From a virus (Duplodnaviria; Caudoviricetes): a DNA stretch of 28,784 nucleotides. Each line of letters starts with the position of its first letter. Within the stretch, counting starts at the first letter, position 1. The notes below the pieces were generated by a model that saw only the letters and a list, made by a program, of their open reading frames with translations, was not told where the DNA came from and ran no database searches. The stretch is taken from positions 1 to 28,784 of the IMG/VR virus record IMGVR_UViG_3300030372_002240; one strand, 5' to 3'. The position numbers were made by a program, and so were the translations under genes. Of the stretch, positions 1-6,888 are shown piece after piece.

Positions 1-32
1 TTTAATAATTTCTCTTTTTTATTCTGTGCCAT
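1..32 (-). CDS. Probable N-terminus of terminase small subunit (runs off window start)
   Basis: ATG at 32 gives MAQNKKEKLL(K), just after the ParB-like stop; fits the missing N-terminus of the partial TerS at the other end. Confidence 0.6.
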   Translation of the reverse strand, partial: MAQNKKEKLL

Positions 33-37
33 TTGTA

Positions 38-523
38 TTATTTTATCTTTACATTATAACCTTGTTTCTTTAGGTCATTGTACAATTCCTGTGCCTTAAT
101 TTCATCATCTTCTTTAATAGTTATTGTAGCACTATTATCTTCTTCTACTATCTTATCTATATTAACATCCAAGTCAATATGCTTAAAACCCCAATCTACT
201 AATTGGTCAATGTCAAATTCGTTTGCTAAAATATCTATATCAAAAGTCCCCGTATTTTTATTTAATCTAATATTCAACTCTTTTTCCTGTTCTTTGTTTA
301 GATCTAATACAATACAGCCAATTTCTTTGTATTCTAAGTCTTTACATATTTTGTAGCGTTGATGTCCTCCAATTATGGTATAACACTTATTAACAATTAT
401 AGGATCTACCAATCCAAATTTATTAATTGATTCTTTTAAATCTTTATATTGCTTTGTACTGATCTGTCTTGGATTATACGTTGCAGCTTTAAGTTTATTT
501 ATTTGTATTTTCTCTATATTCAT
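38..523 (-). CDS. ParB/Sulfiredoxin N-terminal domain protein
   Basis: YNPRQI...LKESINKFGLVDPIIVN...IIGGHQR motif; position upstream of TerS is common. Confidence 0.85.
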   Translation of the reverse strand: MNIEKIQINKLKAATYNPRQISTKQYKDLKESINKFGLVDPIIVNKCYTIIGGHQRYKICKDLEYKEIGCIVLDLNKEQEKELNIRLNKNTGTFDIDILANEFDIDQLVDWGFKHIDLDVNIDKIVEEDNSATITIKEDDEIKAQELYNDLKKQGYNVKIK

Positions 524-800
524 CTAATTTCTTTTTTATATCTATTAATGCGTAAATTTGTGTGCATACATTTTCAAGGTGGCTTATTCTACAATACATA
601 TTAAAACAACTATCACTTTCAGCTTTAATATGACAGTCCCTACATACACCAATTAAATTTTCTATAAAGTCGTTTTTAGTTTTATTTCTTTTCTCTAAGT
701 GGTGTATATCTACAGCAACAGCATTACACATCTCGCAATATATTGTGTCGCTTTGATCATAACCAAAAAAGTCAAGATATACTTTCGTATGCTTTTGCAC
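495..800 (-). CDS. HNH endonuclease
   Basis: CEMC...DIHH...ENLIGVCRDCH zinc-binding HNH pattern; GTG start. Confidence 0.8.
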   Translation of the reverse strand: MQKHTKVYLDFFGYDQSDTIYCEMCNAVAVDIHHLEKRNKTKNDFIENLIGVCRDCHIKAESDSCFNMYCRISHLENVCTQIYALIDIKKKLDEYRENTNK

Positions 801-930
801 GTCTATCTACTTTATGTAAATTATCACTAGGTAGTGTTAGTATAAAATCACCATTACAAAAATGGCATTTACCTTTTTCCATTAATGTAACTCTAACACA
901 GCTACAACAAAATCTAAACTTCTGACTCAT
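772..930 (-). CDS. Small zinc-ribbon-like protein, 52 aa (not in ORF track)
   Basis: MSQKFRFCCSCVRVTLMEKGKCHFCNGDF...; two CxxC pairs; fills the gap and overlaps both neighbours. Confidence 0.7.
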   Translation of the reverse strand: MSQKFRFCCSCVRVTLMEKGKCHFCNGDFILTLPSDNLHKVDRRAKAYESIS

Positions 931-1285
931 TTTTACAACTGTTTACATATACCTTTGCTAATTGTGCTAGTGTCTGTTGTACACAGCTACCGCAGCTACT
1001 TGCTTTTTTATTAGCATTAAATACTTTATTATATAGCTTGACCATAATAGCTTGATCTTGTCCGCTTATTGTCCCCTTTGTTCTTGGCAACACTTCTTCA
1101 TATATCTTTAACTCATCTTCTGTAAATTGTCTAACCTTAGAATATGGAAACATAGCATTGAGTGTCTTTTTTCTATCCTCACACCCACAGTCATCACCAA
1201 GTACTTTTTTAGCTACCTTATCAATCCCTGTTGCTTTTAGTGCCTTTTCTATTGAATCACCTAAGCCTTTACTTTGTTTGCTCAT
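914..1285 (-). CDS. Hypothetical Cys-containing phage protein
   Basis: GLGDSIEK..TGI..DCGCEDRK and CGSC motifs; overlaps neighbours. Confidence 0.75.
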   Translation of the reverse strand: MSKQSKGLGDSIEKALKATGIDKVAKKVLGDDCGCEDRKKTLNAMFPYSKVRQFTEDELKIYEEVLPRTKGTISGQDQAIMVKLYNKVFNANKKASSCGSCVQQTLAQLAKVYVNSCKNESEV

Positions 1286-1511
1286 TGTTTAATTCTTTTA
1301 AAATTTTCTTTTTTAATTTAACATCGTCTAATATGTTAAATGTTCTATTTAGCATAACATTAATAGAATTTGTTATTATGTTCATATAGTGTGGCTGTTC
1401 AGCTAAAAAATACTCTTTTCCCTTTTCATCTTTAAATGACAAAACACTATCTGCTTTAAAATCTGTGCTTTTACAATTCTTTAAAGCTCTTATAATTCTA
1501 GTTTTTTTCAT
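1269..1511 (-). CDS. Hypothetical protein
   Basis: 80 aa ORF in operon, overlapping neighbours. Confidence 0.65.
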   Translation of the reverse strand: MKKTRIIRALKNCKSTDFKADSVLSFKDEKGKEYFLAEQPHYMNIITNSINVMLNRTFNILDDVKLKKKILKELNNEQTK

Positions 1512-2007
1512 TGATTAAATAGTTTTTTACGTTTCTAATTGCCTTGTATAATGTGTTCTTATTAATCTTAGTTGCTTTTGCCATTTCTGATAAGCTGAAA
1601 TTTTCTCTATAATATAGCTTAAATACTTCAGCATCAAACCAATATAAATCCTTTAGCTTTTCTTCAATCCAATCTAGCTTAACTTCTATTTCTTCTTTTT
1701 TCTTTTTATTGCTTTTAGATTTATCGGCACTTATAGATTCTATAGTTTGCGTTGCGTGATATTCATAATACTTTTTATACTTATAATAGTATCTGCTAGT
1801 CTTAGAATGGTATTGATTCATCATAACTCTAATAGCATAAAATGTCATCTGATTTTTTTCTATTATTTCTCTTAATCGTATTTGGTCGCACTTATATAAT
1901 TCTTCAATAACAAAATGTAATAGTTCTTCATACTCTTTAATACCTGCTATATTCAATGCTATATCTTTTAGCTTGTCATAGTTTTCTATAAGGTATTTAT
2001 CTAACAT
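1498..2007 (-). CDS. ECF-type sigma-factor-like protein (putative late transcription factor)
   Basis: Region-2-like N-terminus (YDKLKDIA...EELLHFVIEEL) and region-4 HTH (EVFKLYYRENFSLSEMAKATKINKNTLYKAIRNVK). Confidence 0.75.
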   Translation of the reverse strand: MLDKYLIENYDKLKDIALNIAGIKEYEELLHFVIEELYKCDQIRLREIIEKNQMTFYAIRVMMNQYHSKTSRYYYKYKKYYEYHATQTIESISADKSKSNKKKKEEIEVKLDWIEEKLKDLYWFDAEVFKLYYRENFSLSEMAKATKINKNTLYKAIRNVKNYLINEKN

Positions 2008-2282
2008 ATTTTAATCACCGAAGGTACTTTATATTTCTTCATTAAGTTGTATTCCACATATGATAATTTACTTGTATGTATCTCAATAATATTACCAAAT
2101 CTACTGTGCAATTTCTTATAAATATAATTTAATATACTTTCGTTTTTCTTCAAATCTCTTAAAATAAAATTCAATTCCGCACCACTATCGAATAAAATTG
2201 TGAACAAGTAGTTGTTAGTATCTACGTAATCCCAATGCAATCTATCGTATCTTGTATTAAAAAATGTTGGCTTAACTATCAT
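2001..2282 (-). CDS. Hypothetical protein
   Basis: 93 aa ORF coupled to both neighbours. Confidence 0.65.
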   Translation of the reverse strand: MIVKPTFFNTRYDRLHWDYVDTNNYLFTILFDSGAELNFILRDLKKNESILNYIYKKLHSRFGNIIEIHTSKLSYVEYNLMKKYKVPSVIKIC

Positions 2283-2917
2283 TAAACATTTAATTTAAAT
2301 TTATACTCCCTGCCTGACAATAAATTTTCTGTTTGATAAATATTATTTGTGTAAATATGAGCATTGCCAATAAAAAAAGTTATGTTTTTTAATGGTATAT
2401 CAATTTTATCTGCAATTTTTTTAATATGATATATATCGCAAGGTAACCCTAAATTAGAGTCCGCGCTTCTTTGATATACAGTAATCCATAATTTTCTATC
2501 TATTATTTGAAATTGAATTAAAGATAAACATGGTAATTGACTTGTTTTAACCCCAGTCTCTCCAATAAATAAAACATAATTTTTTGAAGGCCTTTTTTCT
2601 TTATTTATTTTTAAAATTAAATCTGGTAACTTTTTAAAATACGTCGGATATGTATTTATCATTGTAGGATAACAATAATCCCACCAATTAATCTTTTGTT
2701 CTTTATATTTATCTACAGAGACTATTCCTTCCATATATAACTGTAATTCCTTTTCTAATAATTTTTTTGGTATTTTATGATCTGCAAATAATAAATCTAA
2801 ATCTTTTGTATATAAACTTAATTTTTGATTAATTAAATATATAATACTGCCTTTTTTATTTGTTTGACTTTTACCTTTTTTTAAAATTGTTTTTAATAAT
2901 TTATAGTATTTATTCAT
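2282..2917 (-). CDS. Thymidylate synthase (ThyA)-family protein, short form; possibly dCMP-modifying
   Basis: LPCL catalytic Cys, YQRSAD, GNAHIY; Asp161 aligns with E. coli ThyA Asn177. Confidence 0.85.
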   Translation of the reverse strand: MNKYYKLLKTILKKGKSQTNKKGSIIYLINQKLSLYTKDLDLLFADHKIPKKLLEKELQLYMEGIVSVDKYKEQKINWWDYCYPTMINTYPTYFKKLPDLILKINKEKRPSKNYVLFIGETGVKTSQLPCLSLIQFQIIDRKLWITVYQRSADSNLGLPCDIYHIKKIADKIDIPLKNITFFIGNAHIYTNNIYQTENLLSGREYKFKLNV

Positions 2918-3249
2918 AGTTTTAAATAATTTTTTATAATTTCTATTGTTTGATCTAGCCCATTGCTACTCATAGCTAAGTAGCCTCTTTCAGTTAATTT
3001 ATTTAACCAAGTTAATTGCTCTACTGTAGGTTTATTATATCCCACCTTTAATTCTATTGCTAATCCGTGATAGTTACCTTTAGGTTCATAAATAAATAAA
3101 TCGGGAAACCCACGCTTGTATCCAGACTTTTTAGCCTTAATCCTTTGTGACATATGCACTTGATACTGTCCGCCCATAGAACCACAGTATAAAACATTCT
3201 GTAGATCTAAGTATTTGCACACAGCTTTTTGTAATTGATATTCTTTCAT
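2914..3249 (-). CDS. VRR-NUC domain nuclease
   Basis: E..LQ...GFPDLFI...IELKVGYNKPTVEQ..W PD-(D/E)xK pattern. Confidence 0.85.
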   Translation of the reverse strand: MKEYQLQKAVCKYLDLQNVLYCGSMGGQYQVHMSQRIKAKKSGYKRGFPDLFIYEPKGNYHGLAIELKVGYNKPTVEQLTWLNKLTERGYLAMSSNGLDQTIEIIKNYLKL

Positions 3250-3250
3250 A

Positions 3251-3664
3251 TTAAAATATTACTATCATTGAATCGTGCATACCACATTTATTATCTACAT
3301 ATTCACCTTTAGTATTATATCCACTAAATTTTAACCTGCCTTTTATGAATCTAATTTCTTTTTTATTAGGCAATATATGATCGTGGAATATCTTTGTACT
3401 TGTAGATACAGGGAGTAGCATTACACATAGTTTACCTTTTCTACTTTCTTCTATTGCTTTCATAATAAATGCCTCTTTTAATTTTCTACTGTAAGGGGGA
3501 TTTATAAAGTTTCTAAAACCCCATTCTATTTCTAATCCATTCCAAGACATATCGTGTTGATAAGGACAAGGATCAAAATTAAAATTAAATTCTTCATTAA
3601 GTTTATTATAAAATTCGGTTGGTGTTTTCCAATCGTCTTTGTGTTCTAAGTTTCTGTTTTTCAT
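3251..3664 (-). CDS. Phage DNA N6-adenine methyltransferase (Dam-like family)
   Basis: DDWKTP, FDPC, FINPPYS, IRFIKGRLKF motifs. Confidence 0.88.
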   Translation of the reverse strand: MKNRNLEHKDDWKTPTEFYNKLNEEFNFNFDPCPYQHDMSWNGLEIEWGFRNFINPPYSRKLKEAFIMKAIEESRKGKLCVMLLPVSTSTKIFHDHILPNKKEIRFIKGRLKFSGYNTKGEYVDNKCGMHDSMIVIF

Positions 3665-3777
3665 CTGTAAAATTTATAAATTATATAAGATACTATTGGT
3701 GTTGTCATTAGTATTGTAAATATGTTAATATGTGGCTCACCACAAATACCTAATAAATGTTTTAATACTTCTATCAT
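3661..3777 (-). CDS. Small membrane protein, 38 aa (not in ORF track)
   Basis: MIEVLKHLLGICGEPHINIFTILMTTPIVSYIIYKFYR; ATGA overlaps at both ends. Confidence 0.7.
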   Translation of the reverse strand: MIEVLKHLLGICGEPHINIFTILMTTPIVSYIIYKFYR

Positions 3778-4526
3778 ACTGTATGTTTTTTACGCCACAC
3801 AGTACCTGCTGTTGGACTATATACTGTTTCAAATCCTAAGTCCTTTAAATACTTAGTGTATTCTTGTTGTCCTTTTGCATCTAGCTTTTTAAATGTGTAT
3901 TCATCAAAGTATTCAGGAAATTTAGACTTTTGGTTTTTATTAAAGCCATTAGATGCCCACCTTTTTAATCTTAGGTTTATGTCGAAAGTCCTTTGCATCT
4001 CAGCTCTAAATTTAGAACCACTTTTATTTTTTTCTGTCCAATACAAGAAAAAATCGTTTTTATCTTCATCACTTATTCCTTCTATTGCGTGTATGGATTT
4101 TTTAAAATCCTCTATTCTTTTATTAATATTAATACTTTTACTATTACTAATACTAGCATTGCGTTTGCTATGCGATGGCATTGCGCCCGCATTATTCCAT
4201 CTCTTAGCTGCATTTTCTTTAGCCTTATTTGACTTGTTATTTATTTCTTCTATATGATTATTTAAACGCTTAGAATAAAAACAACCATCTTCTATTACAA
4301 ATAGATCAAAATCTTCTATAACAGTCTTTAATTTGTCTGCATCACATTGTAAACTATATGCCAGTGGTTCATAGTCATCTAAACATAGTTTATTTTCTTC
4401 TTTAAATAATAATTCTAATACAGCCCAGAATATACCATAGGATTCTATACCTAGTTTTGAACGCATTTTTATTATTTTATAATCTGTAAAGCTGTCTGAT
4501 TGATGTAAGAAATAAGTTTTTTTCAT
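3774..4526 (-). CDS. Replication initiator-like protein (DUF4373/Lin1244-like N-terminal domain)
   Basis: YF.H.SD...D.KI..MR..LG.E.YGIFWAVLE N-terminus, A..RW linker, FFLYWTEKN C-domain; contains iteron-like repeats. Confidence 0.75.
   Translation of the reverse strand: MKKTYFLHQSDSFTDYKIIKMRSKLGIESYGIFWAVLELLFKEENKLCLDDYEPLAYSLQCDADKLKTVIEDFDLFVIEDGCFYSKRLNNHIEEINNKSNKAKENAAKRWNNAGAMPSHSKRNASISNSKSININKRIEDFKKSIHAIEGISDEDKNDFFLYWTEKNKSGSKFRAEMQRTFDINLRLKRWASNGFNKNQKSKFPEYFDEYTFKKLDAKGQQEYTKYLKDLGFETVYSPTAGTVWRKKHTV
4121..4196. repeat. Putative replication origin: four 8-bp repeats at 11-bp period next to an AT-rich tract
   Basis: GCATTGCG 4156, GCTATGCG 4167, GCATTGCG 4178, GCATTATT 4189; TA(T/C)TNN hexamer run 4121-4156. 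Confidence 0.6.
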
Positions 4527-4543
4527 AGTTTAAAAGTATTAAG

Positions 4544-4605
4544 ATAGTGCCCATGCTAAACAAACAAGAAAAGAATATAAAGCAAAAAATTAACATAGGC
4601 ACTAT
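4544..4605 (-). other. Intergenic RNA hairpin, 16-bp stem with 30-nt U-rich loop
   Basis: Arms 4544-4559 and 4590-4605 pair fully on the minus strand with two G-U wobbles. Confidence 0.65.
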
Positions 4606-4610
4606 AAAAG

Positions 4611-4940
4611 TTAAAATGGTGTATTATTATCACTTGCTAAAGACTCCATAGTTTGCTGTTCTCTGATTCTACAATTCTTAATCATAAGAGTATTATAAAA
4701 CTTTCCTTTATATTCTCTACATTTTATATAAAAATCAATATCTACATATTGTTCTACAGCTAATTTCTTTGAGTGTTCTATTACATCAATTTTAGTTTGA
4801 CCAAACAATTCAAATTGCATAGTGTGTCTAAAACCTGAATCTGATTCTTCTATTGTAATTAGCTTTTTTACAAAATCCCCATTACTTGTATTAATATCTT
4901 GATTTTCTATATTTATTATTCTTCCGTTAATTTTATACAT
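4611..4940 (-). CDS. Single-stranded DNA-binding protein, DUF3127-like
   Basis: I.GRI...F.KK...FELFG...V.IDF.I..REY.GKFYN.L OB-fold pattern; ends in ...PF. Confidence 0.8.
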   Translation of the reverse strand: MYKINGRIINIENQDINTSNGDFVKKLITIEESDSGFRHTMQFELFGQTKIDVIEHSKKLAVEQYVDIDFYIKCREYKGKFYNTLMIKNCRIREQQTMESLASDNNTPF

Positions 4941-4953
4941 ATCTATTTATTTT

Positions 4954-5349
4954 TTAATTATTATTTCTTTTAAATGATTCGCTTTCATCTTCACCAAAAA
5001 CACCAAGCTCGTAAAAACCTGCTAATTTTAAAACTGCTCTTGACATGGCTCTTTTCTCAGCCATTTCCATAACATACCAACTGTTAGTATTACCGTCTTT
5101 AAATGTATTACCTTTTAAAGCACTACCAAATGTTTGGATTGTTTTTTCACCCACATTAGCATTTGCTTTTACTACTGCAAAATGTGGTTCACATTTAATA
5201 ACGTCATAGACAATACTAATATCTATATTGGCTTGTATTTTATCAATACCTGCTCTTGTTATTATAGTATAATGTTGATGTTTAAAAACATCTTCCTCTG
5301 TTAAATTATTCTCTACAAATAATCTATTTAATATATCTCTTTTATTCAT
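4954..5349 (-). CDS. Putative single-strand annealing protein (Rad52/Sak-like)
   Basis: MAEKRAMSRAVLKLAG...GEDE motif; adjacent to SSB. Confidence 0.55.
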   Translation of the reverse strand: MNKRDILNRLFVENNLTEEDVFKHQHYTIITRAGIDKIQANIDISIVYDVIKCEPHFAVVKANANVGEKTIQTFGSALKGNTFKDGNTNSWYVMEMAEKRAMSRAVLKLAGFYELGVFGEDESESFKRNNN

Positions 5350-5557
5350 CAGTATTATTATTAGTTAAAAATTCACTTAACTTTATATTAAGTATTACAC
5401 ATAATTTTTCGGCTTCACTTATCTTTAGTGTGCCAGGATTCTTTAGTTTATTGAGCATTGTAGGATAACTCATTTCCATATACTCGGACAACTCTAATTT
5501 GGTTAAGCTATTCTCATACATAGCATAACCTATAATCCTTTTTAGTTTTTCATTCAT
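5342..5557 (-). CDS. HTH (Cro/Xre-like) transcriptional regulator
   Basis: LTKLELSEYMEMSYPTMLNKLKNPG.LKISEA.KLC..L; first gene after divergent promoters. Confidence 0.75.
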   Translation of the reverse strand: MNEKLKRIIGYAMYENSLTKLELSEYMEMSYPTMLNKLKNPGTLKISEAEKLCVILNIKLSEFLTNNNTDE

Positions 5558-5581
5558 AGTAAAATTATTATAATTAAAGGC

Positions 5582-5612
5582 GCAATATAAATAATTTTTT
5601 ATATAAAAACAA
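5582..5612 (-). promoter_or_regulatory. Putative Bacteroidota-type promoter (leftward)
   Basis: TTG (5612-5610), 20-nt spacer, TATATTGC (5589-5582), a variant of TAnnTTTG; palindrome TTTTTATATAAAAA lies in the spacer. Confidence 0.5.
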
Positions 5613-5627
5613 TTTAATACGAATTAC

Positions 5628-5652
5628 TTATTAACAATACAAATGTTAATAA
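5628..5652. repeat. Perfect inverted repeat TTATTAACA-N7-TGTTAATAA (operator or DnaA-box-like pair)
   Basis: Read directly, centred between the divergent promoters. Confidence 0.55.
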
Positions 5653-5681
5653 CTTATAAAGATTTTTTTACATTTATTTAC

Positions 5682-5709
5682 TTTGTATATAAAATTTTCT
5701 TTATATTTG
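5682..5709 (+). promoter_or_regulatory. Putative Bacteroidota-type promoter (rightward)
   Basis: TATATTTG (5702-5709) matches TAnnTTTG; TTTG at 5682-5685, though the 16-nt spacer is short. Confidence 0.55.
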
Positions 5710-5788
5710 TTTATAATTAACGACGAGGTTAATAAACAAGATTGAGAAATTAACTAAGTCACAAACAAAAATTTAAAAGAATATAAAA

Positions 5789-5998
5789 ATGTCAAAATTA
5801 AAAGAATTATATAAATTATTTACAAGCGACCAAGTGGAAAGAATCTACTTTTGTAAATTTGAACTGGGTTATAAAAGAACAATTCATTCTGTAACACCTT
5901 ATTCAGTAACATTTAGTGAATTAGAAGATTATTTAAAACATGAATGTTCTCTTATTGAAGTTGTTTTAAAAGATGAGAAAATAAGCCGGGTCTTTTAA
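5789..5998 (+). CDS. Hypothetical early protein
   Basis: 69 aa, first ORF after rightward promoter, A-rich leader. Confidence 0.7.
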   Translation: MSKLKELYKLFTSDQVERIYFCKFELGYKRTIHSVTPYSVTFSELEDYLKHECSLIEVVLKDEKISRVF

Positions 5999-6046
5999 TT
6001 TAGAAAATAAATAACAAACAGAAATACTAATTTAAAGAATATAAAA

Positions 6047-6181
6047 ATGAAAGAAAAAATGCTAGACCACATATATGAATTATTTGTCTTAGCTGACAAT
6101 ATAAAAGATTCTAAAGAACGTACTGAATACATTACTAAGCTAGGTGATGTTGAATATATTGTTAAACAAATAAATAAATAG
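6047..6181 (+). CDS. Hypothetical early protein, 44 aa (not in ORF track)
   Basis: MKEKMLDHIYELFVLADNIKDSKERTEYITKLGDVEYIVKQINK; same AAAGAATATAAAA leader as the 5789 gene. Confidence 0.7.
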   Translation: MKEKMLDHIYELFVLADNIKDSKERTEYITKLGDVEYIVKQINK

Positions 6182-6183
6182 AT

Positions 6184-6264
6184 ATGAAAACAAGGATATT
6201 TTTAACAATAGCTACAAGCTATTTTATAGGCAGGTTTTTAATCACACTAATTTTTAATATATGA
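6184..6264 (+). CDS. Small hydrophobic peptide, 26 aa (not in ORF track)
   Basis: MKTRIFLTIATSYFIGRFLITLIFNI; ATGA overlap with next gene. Confidence 0.55.
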   Translation: MKTRIFLTIATSYFIGRFLITLIFNI

Positions 6265-6470
6265 ACAAGTATTTAATACACGGCAAAGGTTATTGGAATG
6301 TACAGCTCAATGATCCGTTTATATCGGGAGTAGAAACAACTGATATAGAATCAAGCTACAATTATATCAAATTTAAAGGCACAGAAAAACAATTAGACAG
6401 CTTTTTAGACCAATTAATAGATCAAGGTGAAGCTGCATTTAAAATAATAGGAATCCATACAATAGATTAA
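6261..6470 (+). CDS. Hypothetical early protein
   Basis: 69 aa ORF within plus-strand operon. Confidence 0.7.
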   Translation: MNKYLIHGKGYWNVQLNDPFISGVETTDIESSYNYIKFKGTEKQLDSFLDQLIDQGEAAFKIIGIHTID

Positions 6471-6472
6471 TT

Positions 6473-6688
6473 ATGAAAAAAGGAACACAAAAACACACAT
6501 TATATAACTACCTAAAAGAAGGTAAAACAATATCAACATTTAATGCTATGTACGATCTCGGGATTGCAGATTTGCAAGGAGTAATCAGACAACTTAAAGA
6601 CATAGGAGTAAATATCCAATCTAAATACATTACTGTAAACACTAGATATGGCAATACAGCAACTGTAAAGTCGTATTGGTTAGAATAG
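6473..6688 (+). CDS. Winged HTH protein (HTH_39-like)
   Basis: L..GKTIS...A...LGI..L...I..LK..G.NI...V..Y.L pattern. Confidence 0.75.
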   Translation: MKKGTQKHTLYNYLKEGKTISTFNAMYDLGIADLQGVIRQLKDIGVNIQSKYITVNTRYGNTATVKSYWLE

Positions 6689-6755
6689 AAAAGCACCCGC
6701 ATTGAACACATTTTACAGGATAAGGAGAATTCCCTGTTACGGGTGCAATTCTATT
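6684..6755 (-). terminator. Nested stem-loop at the convergent junction; probable terminator
   Basis: GCACCCG (6693-6699)/CGGGTGC (6740-6746), outer AATAGAA/TTCTATT, inner ACAGG/CCTGT; U-rich tail on minus strand. Confidence 0.55.
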
Positions 6756-6888
6756 TTAAATTCTTTAATATGATATTAAAGTGTCTGCGTAACTTTTTTA
6801 AGTTATATACTCTATTATGGTTTTTATCATAAGTATATTCAGCATCTAGTTTAATATCTTTTGCGTATATGTGACTATTTTCACTCAT
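6751..6888 (-). CDS. Hypothetical protein, 45 aa (not in ORF track)
   Basis: MSENSHIYAKDIKLDAEYTYDKNHNRVYNLKKLRRHFNIILKNLK; ATGA overlap with phosphoesterase stop. Confidence 0.6.
   Translation of the reverse strand: MSENSHIYAKDIKLDAEYTYDKNHNRVYNLKKLRRHFNIILKNLK

Noticed and set aside
78-356. Plus-strand ORFs opposite real genes (also 743-925, 3856-4257, 7725-8030, 8568-8852, 8922-9221, 9377-9631, 13346-13576 and others)
   Set aside because: Overlap well-supported minus-strand genes and show no motifs
38-523. ParB-like gene as evidence of a plasmid-prophage partition system
   Set aside because: Only the N-terminal domain; no ParA or parS array; such genes are common beside terminases
2118-2128. 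Partial match to late promoter core (ATAAATATAAT on plus strand)
   Set aside because: One mismatch, no AAACAA box at 10-nt spacing, inside a CDS
6508-6711. 67-aa minus-strand ORF
   Set aside because: Antisense to the recognisable winged-HTH gene
6715-6727. Tandem GGA motifs (ACAGGATAAGGAG) as a CsrA sponge
   Set aside because: Only two motifs, one within a stem, and CsrA is not a typical Bacteroidota regulator
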